Positions 36,948 to 46,686 of a stretch of 58,429 bases of DNA are shown piece after piece; the stretch's first letter is position 1; every line of letters begins with the position of its first letter. A program made the position numbers and the translations under genes. The DNA is from Thermodesulfobacteriota bacterium (lineage in GTDB: Bacteria; Desulfobacterota; GWC2-55-46; JADFVP01): contig JBHHVI010000005.1 of assembly GCA_046754225.1 (NCBI GenBank), positions 1 through 58,429 of the forward strand, in the 5' to 3' direction. The notes below the pieces were generated by a model. That model worked only from the letters and a program-made list of their open reading frames with translations, was not told the DNA's origin and did not search any database.

Positions 36948-37550
36948 TCAGATGAGTTTACTTGCGGAGACTATGGACTCGGCGATCTCCCTCATCTTTT
37001 TATTCTCTTTCTGGGAGTGGCTCTGCAGCACTTTGAAGGCGTCATCCTCGTTGAGGTTGCACCTTTTCATTAAAATACCCTTGGCCCGCTCTACAAGTTT
37101 ACGGGTCTCGATGGCGTCTTTCAGGTCGTCAACCTCTGACTTGAGACTGTTAAACTCCTCATAGCGCGCCATGGCGAGCTCTATGGCCGGCTCAAGCTGC
37201 TTCTTTGTAACCGGCTTTATAAGGTACGCGAAGACGCCGGCGTCTATGGCCTGTGAAGCAACCTCGCCCGAAGAGAGTCCTGTAATCAGTATGATGGGGA
37301 TGGTCTTTTTGGAGCTTATCGCCCTGGCGGCCTCGATGCCGTCCATCTCCGGCATCTTGATGTCCATGATAACAATGCCCGGGTTGAGCTTTTCAACGAG
37401 TTCCACCGCCTCACGGCCGTTATCAACGGAACCCACGACATCAAAACCCATGACCTCGAGCTGGGTCTTCAGGAACTGACGCGTCTTGTCGTTATCCTCG
37501 GCGATAAGGACTTTATGATTGCCGGATTTTTGCAAGGTTTTTGCCTTCAT
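36948..37550 (-). CDS. Response regulator with an ANTAR RNA-binding domain (NasT/PdtaR-like)
   Basis: Receiver motifs LIAEDN, IMDIKMP and YLIKP; ANTAR motif RKLVERAKGILM...AFKVLQSHSQKENKKMREIAE. Confidence 0.92.
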   Translation of the reverse strand: MKAKTLQKSGNHKVLIAEDNDKTRQFLKTQLEVMGFDVVGSVDNGREAVELVEKLNPGIVIMDIKMPEMDGIEAARAISSKKTIPIILITGLSSGEVASQAIDAGVFAYLIKPVTKKQLEPAIELAMARYEEFNSLKSEVDDLKDAIETRKLVERAKGILMKRCNLNEDDAFKVLQSHSQKENKKMREIAESIVSASKLI

Positions 37551-37585
37551 GACATACCGATATAGCCCTCGTGGCTATTTCTGTA

Positions 37586-37614
37586 AAGATAATACAAAAC
37601 AACCCCTTAGTCAA
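37586..37614 (-). promoter_or_regulatory. Candidate sigma70 promoter of the ANTAR regulator
   Basis: Minus strand TTGACT, 17-bp spacer, TATCTT. Confidence 0.5.
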
Positions 37615-37640
37615 TATATTTCCTTCGGACGTCTTTATCC

Positions 37641-39041
37641 TCAATGAGCAGAAGGCTTAAACGGTTTCTTTTCCAACGCCTCAGCTTTGCCGAAGACCTT
37701 AATAAAAACCGCCTCCAGGCAAATTATCAGCACGGTGGAGTAGGCGAGGGTCGAAAGGTATAGCCTGTGTTCGAAGATGACGTCGGCTATGGGGACAAAA
37801 CTCGTTGTCGGGGCGAGGATTATAAAGAACCATAATATGAAGAATGACGCCACGCGCCCCCGGAGACGTCCCGCCCCGCGCGACTTGAGGAAGAGGTATA
37901 TGGCGAGGACGATTATGGCGAGATGTATGGTGATGGATAATGCCGGCGGCGGCAGGGGGATGTTAAGGACCGCGCCGCTTCGTAAAACGGGCGTCTCGAA
38001 AAGGCCCTTTGATACGGGGAAGTCATAGTCCACGTTCTGGTTTACGGGCACAAGAAGGAGCGAATAATAGTATAGCAGGACATTGGACTGGGTTAAGAAA
38101 TAGTCATAGGGGCTTATAGTGGAAAGCGCGAAGCCCGCGCTCGGGCCATCGGCGGGGATTCCGGATAGACCGGCAGAAGGCCGCGCCGCGCCCTTCCGCG
38201 AGAGTTCATTCGGGACAGGGGGGGCGGTGGGGGCGGATTTTTCTATAACCCCCGGCGCTACCCCCGGCGCTACCCCCGACGCTACCAGAGATGCCTCTTT
38301 GCTTAAATCGCTGAATCCGCCCAGAGGGGCCACTGTATTAATGGTGAAAAAGGTCATAAGCCCGGCGAGCAGGAGATAGAGAGGCCATCTTCTTAACGCG
38401 GGGCCGAGCTCTCCACCACCGGCGAAATAAAGGTCGTAAAGGAATATGACAACCGGCAGCGTCACGGCTATCTCCTTTGAATAAAAACCGAGTACATATG
38501 AAAAGACCACAAGGAAATAAAAGAAAAATCTCCGGCGCCGTGAATGCGTTTTTACGGCCGCGGCAAAGAGGAGCAGGGCGAGGAGATAAAAAAGGGCGGA
38601 GAGCGACTCCATCCTCTGGACTATATATGTCACGGCCTGGGTCTGTACTGGGTGGAGCGCGAAGACGAGGGCTGAAAAAGCCGCTATCATCCTTGCCCGG
38701 CCCCGGCCGGCGCCGGCCAGGATCAATGTGTTAAAGAGGAGGAGATAGGCGAGAACGGCGTTTAGAGCGTGTATCGATATATTGACAATATGGTAGCCCT
38801 CGACATTTAACCCGCCTGCGGCGTAATTGAGGGAGAAGGTTGCCATGGTTACGCCCCTGGCGCCCTTAAGGATCTCAGGGAGGTTCGCGAGGTCCCTTAT
38901 AAGGAAATTCTTTGTTATATTAGTCTCATCGTCGAATTGAAATGCCCCGTGGATGGTGTTTGAGTAGGCGAGAAATACCGCAAGGATTAAAATAAGGACC
39001 GTTAGCGCGGCGGCCCTTTTGCCGGAGAAGAATCTATCCAT
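37641..39041 (-). CDS. TMTC-like GT-C membrane protein without TPRs
   Basis: FQFDD, YHIVNISIH, FALHPVQTQAVTYIVQRME, SKEIAV and FEHRLYL motifs; Pro/Ala/Gly-rich loop insertion. Confidence 0.8.
   Translation of the reverse strand: MDRFFSGKRAAALTVLILILAVFLAYSNTIHGAFQFDDETNITKNFLIRDLANLPEILKGARGVTMATFSLNYAAGGLNVEGYHIVNISIHALNAVLAYLLLFNTLILAGAGRGRARMIAAFSALVFALHPVQTQAVTYIVQRMESLSALFYLLALLLFAAAVKTHSRRRRFFFYFLVVFSYVLGFYSKEIAVTLPVVIFLYDLYFAGGGELGPALRRWPLYLLLAGLMTFFTINTVAPLGGFSDLSKEASLVASGVAPGVAPGVIEKSAPTAPPVPNELSRKGAARPSAGLSGIPADGPSAGFALSTISPYDYFLTQSNVLLYYYSLLLVPVNQNVDYDFPVSKGLFETPVLRSGAVLNIPLPPPALSITIHLAIIVLAIYLFLKSRGAGRLRGRVASFFILWFFIILAPTTSFVPIADVIFEHRLYLSTLAYSTVLIICLEAVFIKVFGKAEALEKKPFKPSAH
38248..38283. 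repeat. 12-bp in-frame tandem repeat x3 (ACCCCCGGCGCT) encoding GVAP repeats
   Basis: Two exact copies and one single-mismatch copy. Confidence 0.8.
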
Positions 39042-39105
39042 ATCCCTGTTTTTTCAGAACCCCCCATCCCTGTTTTGCCCGGAACGCGCTCTCTCAATAA
39101 AAATT

Positions 39106-39480
39106 TTATTCTTCCACACCTTTTTTCCCCTTATCCGCCGGGACAACGCCGGCCTTTTCAAGGGCGTTCTTTAAGAGAGTAATCTCCTGTGTGAGAATCT
39201 TGTTCTTCTCATGAAAGACTGATATGACGACGGAGAAATGGAGCAGTATAAGGAGCACGAAGAGAAAGGCCACAAGAAAAAGAAGCGACGGGGGGTAATT
39301 CACGCCGAGAAACCCTGCGACGCTGTCGAGAAAACTTCTTTTAATGGAGAGCGCGAGTATGGCGAGGGCCGAGGCGAGCCAGAGGACGGAGTATTTTTCC
39401 TTGAGGAGCCCGCGCCTGATAAAGTCTATGACAAAAATAAATAGAACAATTGCGCCGATAACGGAAAAGACCTGATACAT
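39106..39480 (-). CDS. DUF2304 family membrane protein
   Basis: LKEKYSVLW, LGVNYPPSLLF and LTQEITLL motifs; directly downstream of a GT2. Confidence 0.85.
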   Translation of the reverse strand: MYQVFSVIGAIVLFIFVIDFIRRGLLKEKYSVLWLASALAILALSIKRSFLDSVAGFLGVNYPPSLLFLVAFLFVLLILLHFSVVISVFHEKNKILTQEITLLKNALEKAGVVPADKGKKGVEE

Positions 39481-39503
39481 GGCATTATCCCCTTAAAAGA
39501 GAC

Positions 39504-40211
39504 CTAATCCACTCTCTTTATCATATCCACCAGTATGGCCAGAAAGACCTTTATCATATAATAGACGGACTTCACCGGCGTAATGGAGGATTTGCCCCCC
39601 GTCCTCTCAGCCATCTTCACCGGAACTTCCATTATACTAAAACCCTTTTTGTGAAGCAACACGAGGGCCTCCACCTCAGGATAGTCGTCGGGGTAGCGGC
39701 GGCTGAAAAACTCTATGCACCGCCTTCCCGCGGCCCTGAAACCCGAAGTGGTGTCAGTAACCTTTTCCTTTATTATGGCGGAAACGAGCCTTGAAAAGAA
39801 CGCCATGCCGGCGCTCCTCGCAAAGGAGGCCCTGTAGCCGCTCGCGGCGACAAACCTGGAACCCACCACAAGGTCGGCCTTTTTTTCCATTATAGGCTCT
39901 AAAAGGTGCTTTATCTCACCGGCGAGGTGCTGCCCGTCGGCATCCACCTGAACCGCTATCTCATAACCGTGCCTGCAGGCGTACTTATAGCCTGTCTGCA
40001 TGCTGGCGCCGATGCCTATGTTATAGGGTTGGCTCAGAACGGTAACGCCGGTACGGCGGGCCACGATTGCCGTAGAGTCGGAGGAGCCGTCGTCTATGAC
40101 AAGGATGTCCGCGCCTTTGACCTTCTCCTGAAGGGCCGAGATGACGCCGCCTATGTTGGCCTCTTCGTTAAAGGCCGGGGTAATTATGAGGATCTTCGGC
40201 CCCTTTTTCAT
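39504..40211 (-). CDS. GT2 polyprenol-phosphate glycosyltransferase (DPM1/GacI-like)
   Basis: PAFNEE, DDGSSD, NIGIGASMQTG, DADGQH, DTTSGFRA and DYPEVE motifs. Confidence 0.9.
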   Translation of the reverse strand: MKKGPKILIITPAFNEEANIGGVISALQEKVKGADILVIDDGSSDSTAIVARRTGVTVLSQPYNIGIGASMQTGYKYACRHGYEIAVQVDADGQHLAGEIKHLLEPIMEKKADLVVGSRFVAASGYRASFARSAGMAFFSRLVSAIIKEKVTDTTSGFRAAGRRCIEFFSRRYPDDYPEVEALVLLHKKGFSIMEVPVKMAERTGGKSSITPVKSVYYMIKVFLAILVDMIKRVD

Positions 40212-40358
40212 GGACGGTCAACCTTTAATACACGGGCCTCTGAAAAGACTATGGCGGGCGGGGCCGTTTTTCGGAGAGGTTCAAGAGGGTCACAGGGGGA
40301 AAACTTTTTCAACGTACCGGCCTTTCGTCGCCGCATGGGGTAAACGGCGTTAAATAAC

Positions 40359-40445
40359 TGGTGCCGAAGGGGGGATTCGAACCCCCACAGGCTAACGCCC
40401 ACTAGATCCTGAATCTAGCGCGTCTACCAGTTCCGCCACTTCGGC
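40359..40445 (-). tRNA. tRNA-Leu (anticodon CAG)
   Basis: Reverse complement starts GCCGAAGTGGCGGAACTGGTAGACGCG; anticodon arm CTAGA-TTCAGGA-TCTAG, long variable arm, TTCGAATC and encoded CCA. Confidence 0.95.
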
Positions 40446-40674
40446 ATACCTCTATCCCCTTAAAAGGTTTTCAATTACAACGCGCGCCGGGAAAAATTAA
40501 ACCTTGAACCAACAGTTCTTTCGGGATATATTTAATTGCGATTTTTTTATATTGAAGGGCAAAACTTTTCCCCTGTTAAGCTTCCCCCGATGACTCATAA
40601 CCCCTTAAAAAAAGGGTGTTTTTATTCCAAAAATATTCGCATACCAAGGAGTTTAAGTCAAGGAGGTTTTTACA

Positions 40675-41319
40675 GTGAAATTTTTTATCGATACCGCCAA
40701 CATTGAAGAGATAAGGTCCGCCGGCGAGTTGGGCCTTGTTGACGGCGTGACGACAAACCCCACGCTCGTATCAAGGGAAAAGCGCAAATTCGGAGAACTT
40801 GTAGAGGAGATCTGTTCCATCGTTGACGGCCCCGTAAGCCTTGAGGCAATAAGTTCCGACACAAAAGGCCTTGTGGCTGAGGCGAGGGAGCTTAAGAATA
40901 TACACAAAAACGTGGTGGTAAAGATACCCATGACCCTTGAGGGGCTCAGGGCGGTAAAGACCCTTTCAGCCGAGGGGATAAAGACCAACGTCACCCTCGT
41001 ATTTTCACCCGTACAGGCCCTTATGGCGGCAAAGGCCGGCGCCGCCTATGTAAGCCCCTTTGTGGGAAGGCTCGACGATATCTCGCACACGGGGATGGAG
41101 GTTGTCCGGAGCATACTCGACATATTCGAAAATTACGCCTTCAGTACGGAAGTTATTGTGGCGAGCGTCAGAAACCCGCTCCACGTACTCGACGCGGCCC
41201 TAATAGGCGCTCACGTGGCCACCATCCCCTTCAAGGTGCTCGAACAACTCTCCAGGCACCCCCTCACCGATTCGGGGATAGAGCGATTTCTAAAAGACTG
41301 GGAGAAGGTGCCCAAATAA
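40675..41319 (+). CDS. tal: Transaldolase / fructose-6-phosphate aldolase (short TalC/Fsa type)
   Basis: [26 protein letters not shown] and [11 protein letters not shown] motifs; GGAGG RBS and GTG start. Confidence 0.9.
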   Translation: MKFFIDTANIEEIRSAGELGLVDGVTTNPTLVSREKRKFGELVEEICSIVDGPVSLEAISSDTKGLVAEARELKNIHKNVVVKIPMTLEGLRAVKTLSAEGIKTNVTLVFSPVQALMAAKAGAAYVSPFVGRLDDISHTGMEVVRSILDIFENYAFSTEVIVASVRNPLHVLDAALIGAHVATIPFKVLEQLSRHPLTDSGIERFLKDWEKVPK

Positions 41320-41411
41320 ACCCGAAAAAAGAGTCCTCTTAGGGGGGGCTCCGGGTCTGTGCGCAAAAAAACTGAAAGGGCGGCGATAATTCCCATAATT
41401 TCCATAATGCA

Positions 41412-41702
41412 ATGATTACCCACATAGTATTCTTTAAACTTAAAGACAGTAGCGAAGAGCAGATAAGAAAGGCCGCCGGGGTATTGGCGGGCCTTAAGGG
41501 CAAGGTGGCTGCGTTAAGGGGGCTCGAGGTCGGGGTAGACGTTGTCCGCTCCGTCCGGTCCTATGACATAGCCCTTACGGCGCGCTTCGACTCTCTCGAA
41601 GGACTCGAATCTTACCGCGCCCACCCCGAGCACGTAAAGGCGGCGAATTACCTTAAAGAGGTCTCCGAGGCCATAGCGGCTGTGGACTATGAGTCGGACT
41701 GA
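41412..41702 (+). CDS. Dabb family (stress-responsive A/B barrel) protein
   Basis: MITHIVFFKLK, YRAHPEH and AVDY motifs. Confidence 0.9.
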   Translation: MITHIVFFKLKDSSEEQIRKAAGVLAGLKGKVAALRGLEVGVDVVRSVRSYDIALTARFDSLEGLESYRAHPEHVKAANYLKEVSEAIAAVDYESD

Positions 41703-41833
41703 AGGACTTCTCATGGGATTTTTCCTTAATATGCAAACCCGGCTTTCCCCCTCACCCCTACCGCGCCGGGTCGCAAGGGGCTTTTAGAGGAGCGAGGGTT
41801 AAGATAAAAACAAGCCCTCCACACATATAAAAA

Positions 41834-43990
41834 ATGGCAGTGTCAGGAAAAAAACCTTCCGAGAAAGACGTGCTCCGGTTCATGGAGAAGAGGGTTCAGA
41901 AACCCCTTTCCTTCAGGGAACTGGCGGGGGCCCTGGGCGTGGCGGGCCGCGAAAGGGCGGCCTTTAAAAGGCTCATAAAGAAGATGGAGGCCGAAGGTGC
42001 GCTGGTAAAGACGCGCCACGACAGATACGGGGCCGCCGCGAGGATGAACCTCGTTACCGGAAAGTTTCTCTGCCACCCCGACGGCTTCGGCTTCGTTGTG
42101 CCTGAAGAAGGCGGCGAGGACGTCTTTATAGGCCCGAGGAGGGCGCGGGGCGCCATGCACGGAGACCATGTTGTCGCCCGGGTGGAGGGATATAAGGCGG
42201 GAGGCAAGCGTGAGGGAAGGATTATAAGGATAGTAAAGAGGGCGCACAGCAGCGTCGTTGGCAGGTTTGAAAGGGGCGCAAAATTCTCCGTGGTTATACC
42301 TTCCGACGAGAGGATACTGGACAGGATTATTATCCCCACGGAGGAGACAAAAGGGGCGGCCCACGGCATGGTGGTGGTCACGGAGATTATGAGGTGGCCG
42401 GCGAAGAACATGGCGCCGCTGGGAAGAATCACCGAGGTGATGGGAGACCCCGAAGACCCCGGTGTGGAAGCCGGTGTCATACTCAAAAAATACGGCCTGG
42501 CCACAAAGTTTCCCCGCTCCGTACAGGCCGAGGCGAAGAAGGTCCCCGACTCTCTCATGGCCGGCGATATAAAAGGCCGTGTGGATTTAAGGGGCAAAAA
42601 GGTCTTTACCATAGACGGAGAGACGGCAAAGGACTTTGACGACGCCGTTTGTGTCGAAAAGACTCCCCGAGGATTTAAACTCTTTGTATCCATAGCCGAC
42701 GTCAGCCACTATGTGAAGGAAGGGTCCGGCCTGGACGCCGAGGCATACAGGCGGGGTACGAGCGTATACTTCCCCGACCGCTGCATACCCATGCTCCCGG
42801 AAAGGCTGTCCAACGGCATATGCAGCCTTAACCCCGCCGAGGACCGTTTGACAATGACGGCCGAGTTGGATTTCAACAGCCACGGCGCCCTTACAGGCAA
42901 AAAATTCTACGAGAGCGTAATACGGAGCGCCGAGCGCCTCACCTATACGAGCGTAAAAAAGATACTTTCAAAGGAGTCCGCCGAACTCACAAGAAGGTAT
43001 GCCCATATAGCTGCGGACCTTTCGCTCATGGAGTCTCTCGCCCTCAAGCTTTCCCGGGAAAGGGTCAAGGCCGGGAGCCTGGACTTTGACCTGCCCGAAC
43101 CACAGATTATAATTGACATAGAGGGGCGCGTGGAGGACATAGTGAGGTCCGAAAGGAATATCGCCCACAGGATTATTGAAGAGTTCATGCTCGCCGCCAA
43201 CAGGGCCGTGGCAACGGAATTCTCTTCAAGAAAACTCCCATTCCTCTACAGGGTGCACGACGCGCCGGACACTGCGAGCATAGATGACTTCAGGGATTTT
43301 ATCGCCGGTTTCGGCTTAAGACTCAAGGGCGCCGAACCCGCCTCTTTTCAAAGGGTTATTAAGGCCGTGGAGGGACGGCCCGAAGAACGGCTTGTAAACA
43401 CCCTCATCCTGAGGTCAATGAAGCAGGCCGTATATTCGGAAAACAATATCGGACACTTCGGTCTCGCCTTCGAATACTACACCCACTTCACCTCGCCCAT
43501 AAGGAGGTACCCGGACCTTGTAGTCCACCGGCTCTTAAAACTCCTTATCAAGGGCCGGTATTCAAAGAGGGAGGAGAAGAGGATGGATGGGCTCCTTCCC
43601 GCGATAGCATCAACCATCTCGGCCTCGGAGAGGAAGGCCATGGAGGCCGAGCGTGAGATAGTGGACCTTAAGAAGGCCCAGTTCATGAAAGACAAGGTGG
43701 GCTCGGCCTTTGACGGACTCATCTCGGGAGTAACGGGCTTCGGCTTCTTCGTTGAGCTGAAAGAATACTTTGTCGAGGGTCTTGTGCGTGTCTCCGCGCT
43801 CCTTGATGATTACTATATTTTCGACGATAAAAAACACACTCTTTTCGGTGAAAACACAAAGAAGGTTTTTACCATAGGAGACCCTGTAAGGGTGGTGATA
43901 GAGAACGTCGACCTCGGGCGAAGACGCATTGACCTCGCCCTTGAGGAAAAGAGCCGAAGCGTAAGGAAAAAGAAGGGACGCAGAAGATGA
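41834..43990 (+). CDS. rnr: Ribonuclease R
   Basis: HTH N-terminus, HPDGFGF, TIDGETAKDFDDA and YTHFTSPIRRYPDL motifs, S1 domain and basic tail. Confidence 0.96.
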   Translation: MAVSGKKPSEKDVLRFMEKRVQKPLSFRELAGALGVAGRERAAFKRLIKKMEAEGALVKTRHDRYGAAARMNLVTGKFLCHPDGFGFVVPEEGGEDVFIGPRRARGAMHGDHVVARVEGYKAGGKREGRIIRIVKRAHSSVVGRFERGAKFSVVIPSDERILDRIIIPTEETKGAAHGMVVVTEIMRWPAKNMAPLGRITEVMGDPEDPGVEAGVILKKYGLATKFPRSVQAEAKKVPDSLMAGDIKGRVDLRGKKVFTIDGETAKDFDDAVCVEKTPRGFKLFVSIADVSHYVKEGSGLDAEAYRRGTSVYFPDRCIPMLPERLSNGICSLNPAEDRLTMTAELDFNSHGALTGKKFYESVIRSAERLTYTSVKKILSKESAELTRRYAHIAADLSLMESLALKLSRERVKAGSLDFDLPEPQIIIDIEGRVEDIVRSERNIAHRIIEEFMLAANRAVATEFSSRKLPFLYRVHDAPDTASIDDFRDFIAGFGLRLKGAEPASFQRVIKAVEGRPEERLVNTLILRSMKQAVYSENNIGHFGLAFEYYTHFTSPIRRYPDLVVHRLLKLLIKGRYSKREEKRMDGLLPAIASTISASERKAMEAEREIVDLKKAQFMKDKVGSAFDGLISGVTGFGFFVELKEYFVEGLVRVSALLDDYYIFDDKKHTLFGENTKKVFTIGDPVRVVIENVDLGRRRIDLALEEKSRSVRKKKGRRR

Positions 43991-45672
43991 GGTCTTTAAG
44001 GTTACACCTCGCCTATAAGAACATCAGGAGGCTCCGCCAGATCGTAACGGTTCTCGTCAGGCACGGGTTTCACCCGCTCATGGAGAGGCTCCACCTTACA
44101 AGACTCATTTCTGTTCCGGGAAGGATTATCGGAAAAAAGATCGCCCGTGAAAAGGAATCCGTAACGCCGGCCGTGAGGCTCAGGCTCGCCCTCGAGGAAT
44201 TAGGTCCCACCTTTATAAAGACGGGACAGATCCTTTCCACAAGGCCGGACATACTGCCCGATGAATATGTAACGGAACTGCTTAAACTACAGGACGAGGT
44301 CCCCCCGGTCCCCTTCAAGAAAGCCCTGAAGGTCATAGAAAGCGAGCTTAAAAAACCCGTTGGCGAGGCCTTCTCCCGAATAGACGAAACACCCATCGCG
44401 GCGGCGTCCATCGCGCAGGTCCACAGGGCGGTCACGGCCTCGGGCGAAGAGGTCGTAATCAAGATACAGCGGCCCGGGATCGAGGCCGTCATAGACACCG
44501 ACATCTCCATCCTTAAATACCTCGCAAGGCTCGCGGTCCGTTACATACCTGAAAGCAAGCCCTATGACCCGCAGGGCATGGTGGACGAGATGTCCAGCAT
44601 AATAAAGAAGGAGCTGGACTTTACCCTTGAGGGGAGCTATACGGAGAGGTTCAGGGAGAATTTCAAGGACGACCCCAGGGTGATCGTACCGTGTGTCTAC
44701 TGGGACCTGAGCGCCAGAAGGATCCTCACCGTGGACAGGGTCCGCGGCACAAAGGTCGACAGGGTCAAGAAACTTCATGAACGCGGCATCGATACCGAGA
44801 AGGTGGCCCACCTTCTCGTCGACATCTTCTTCAAGCAGGTCTTCGACCACGGCCTCTTCCACGGCGATCTCCATTCCGGAAATATCTTTGTAATAGACGA
44901 GAACAAGATCGCCCTCGTGGACTTCGGCATCGTGGGCAGGCTCGACCGTTCCATGCAGCACAACCTCGCCGATATCCTGATAAACATGGCGGGTGAGGAT
45001 TTCGAGGCCCTCACGAGGATTTACATGAGGATGGGGATACTGCCAGAGGGAATAGACAGGCCCCGTTTTGAGAGGGAATATTATGACACAATGCTCTGCT
45101 ACTTCGGACGTCCCTTAAAATATGTGAGTTTCGGGGAACTCCTCATGGATTACATAAAGCTCGCCGCGAGGCATAATGTAAGGTTCCCGCGCGAACTCCT
45201 GCTCTTCGACAAATGCCTTATAGAACTCGAGGGGCTGGCGAGGGTGCTCTTCCCCGACGTAAACGTACTTGAGGAGAGCGCTCCCTACGCGAAAAAACTT
45301 TTTACGAGGCGTTTCAGCCCTACAACGGTCTTTGAGGAGACGGCGTCGCTCCTCAGTGATTACAGGAATTTTTTAACGGACTTCCCCCGAAAGGCCGACA
45401 GGATTATGAAGGATACCCTTGAAGGCAAGCTGAGGATAGAATTTCTGCACAGGGGCCTTGAGGATTTCATGGGAGAGATGGACAGGTCATCAAACCGTCT
45501 TACCTTCGGACTCATCGTAGCCGCCCTCGTTATAGCATCTTCGCTCGTCATCACCTCCGGGGCCAAGCCGGACCTTTTCGGATACCCGGCCCTCGGCGTA
45601 ATCGGTTTTATAGTCGCCTCGTGCCTTGGTTTGTGGCTTTTGATACAGATACTCCGGTCTGGAAAATTCTGA
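43987..45672 (+). CDS. UbiB/AarF/ABC1 family kinase-like protein
   Basis: LGPTFIK, AAASIAQVH, KIQRP, FHGDLHSGN and DFG motifs; C-terminal TM helices. Confidence 0.9.
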   Translation: MRSLRLHLAYKNIRRLRQIVTVLVRHGFHPLMERLHLTRLISVPGRIIGKKIAREKESVTPAVRLRLALEELGPTFIKTGQILSTRPDILPDEYVTELLKLQDEVPPVPFKKALKVIESELKKPVGEAFSRIDETPIAAASIAQVHRAVTASGEEVVIKIQRPGIEAVIDTDISILKYLARLAVRYIPESKPYDPQGMVDEMSSIIKKELDFTLEGSYTERFRENFKDDPRVIVPCVYWDLSARRILTVDRVRGTKVDRVKKLHERGIDTEKVAHLLVDIFFKQVFDHGLFHGDLHSGNIFVIDENKIALVDFGIVGRLDRSMQHNLADILINMAGEDFEALTRIYMRMGILPEGIDRPRFEREYYDTMLCYFGRPLKYVSFGELLMDYIKLAARHNVRFPRELLLFDKCLIELEGLARVLFPDVNVLEESAPYAKKLFTRRFSPTTVFEETASLLSDYRNFLTDFPRKADRIMKDTLEGKLRIEFLHRGLEDFMGEMDRSSNRLTFGLIVAALVIASSLVITSGAKPDLFGYPALGVIGFIVASCLGLWLLIQILRSGKF

Positions 45673-45689
45673 CCTTTTGAACTCTAAAA

Positions 45690-46634
45690 ATGAAAGTATT
45701 AAAAACCGTAAACTCCTTTAACCCGAAGAGGGCGGGAGGGGCCGGGGGGCCGGTAATAACGCTGGGAAACTTCGACGGCATCCACCTCGGCCACCAGAAG
45801 ATTCTAAAGAAGGTCTCTTCGAGGGCTGAAAGGCTTAAGACCTCCTCCGTCGTTTATACCCTCGACCCCCATCCGCTCAAGGTCGTAGCGCCCTCAAAGA
45901 GCCCGCCGCTCATCCTCGACATAGAGGACAAAAAGGCCCTCATAGAGGGGTTCAACATAGACATTCTCGTTCTCGCGCGCTTTAATAAGGAGTTCGCCTC
46001 AAAGCATCCCGGGGAGTTCGCCGAAGAGGTCCTCATAAGGGGCCTCGGCGTCAGGGAGGTCTGGGTGGGCACGGATTTTTCCTTTGGAAAAGGCAGGACC
46101 GGCACGGTCCGGTACCTGAAGGCGCTGGGAGAGAAGTCCGGGTTCAAGGTCTCTGTCATCCCGCCTTACGTAAAAGGAGGGTCTGTTGTAAGCAGTTCAA
46201 GGATACGGGCGCTTGTCTCCGGCGGGGAGGTAAAGAAAGCGGCGGCGCTACTCGGCAGACCCTACTCGATAAAGGGCCGCGTCGTACGGGGAAAGGATAT
46301 CGGAAAGGTCATCGGCTTTCCCACGGCGAACGTCCGTGTGACGAGCGAACTGTGCCCCAAGAACGGGGTTTACGTTGTTACGGCCTCTTTTGACGGCCAG
46401 ACTCGCAGCGGCGTACTGAACATAGGCACGGCCCCGACCTTCGGGGGCAAAAAAAAGACCGTCGAGGCCCACCTCCTTGACTTTAAGGGTGATATTTATG
46501 GTAAAAAGATGCGTGTGACCTTTATAAAGAGGCTTCGGGACGAAAGGCACTTCTCCACCAAAGAGGCCCTCATAAAGCAGATAAAAAAGGACAGGGAGAG
46601 GGCTGAAAGGATTTTAACAAAATGCGGCGGATAA
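45690..46634 (+). CDS. ribF: Bifunctional riboflavin kinase / FAD synthetase
   Basis: GNFDGIHLGHQ, SSSRIR, GFPTAN and EAHLLDF motifs. Confidence 0.96.
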   Translation: MKVLKTVNSFNPKRAGGAGGPVITLGNFDGIHLGHQKILKKVSSRAERLKTSSVVYTLDPHPLKVVAPSKSPPLILDIEDKKALIEGFNIDILVLARFNKEFASKHPGEFAEEVLIRGLGVREVWVGTDFSFGKGRTGTVRYLKALGEKSGFKVSVIPPYVKGGSVVSSSRIRALVSGGEVKKAAALLGRPYSIKGRVVRGKDIGKVIGFPTANVRVTSELCPKNGVYVVTASFDGQTRSGVLNIGTAPTFGGKKKTVEAHLLDFKGDIYGKKMRVTFIKRLRDERHFSTKEALIKQIKKDRERAERILTKCGG

Positions 46635-46686
46635 AAAACCGTTCTTTACTTGAGCGGCACACCGAAGAGATAAAGGGGAAGAGCCA

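Noticed and set aside
37560-37580. Hairpin ATAGCC-ACGAG-GGCTAT in the ANTAR gene leader as an autoregulatory ANTAR site
   Set aside because: It is a single stem with a 5-nt loop, not the tandem hexaloop motif.
39042-39076. 11-bp direct repeat ATCCCTGTTTT upstream of the TMTC-like gene
   Set aside because: It is a short local duplication near the RBS; the extra ATG is out of frame and no function can be supported.
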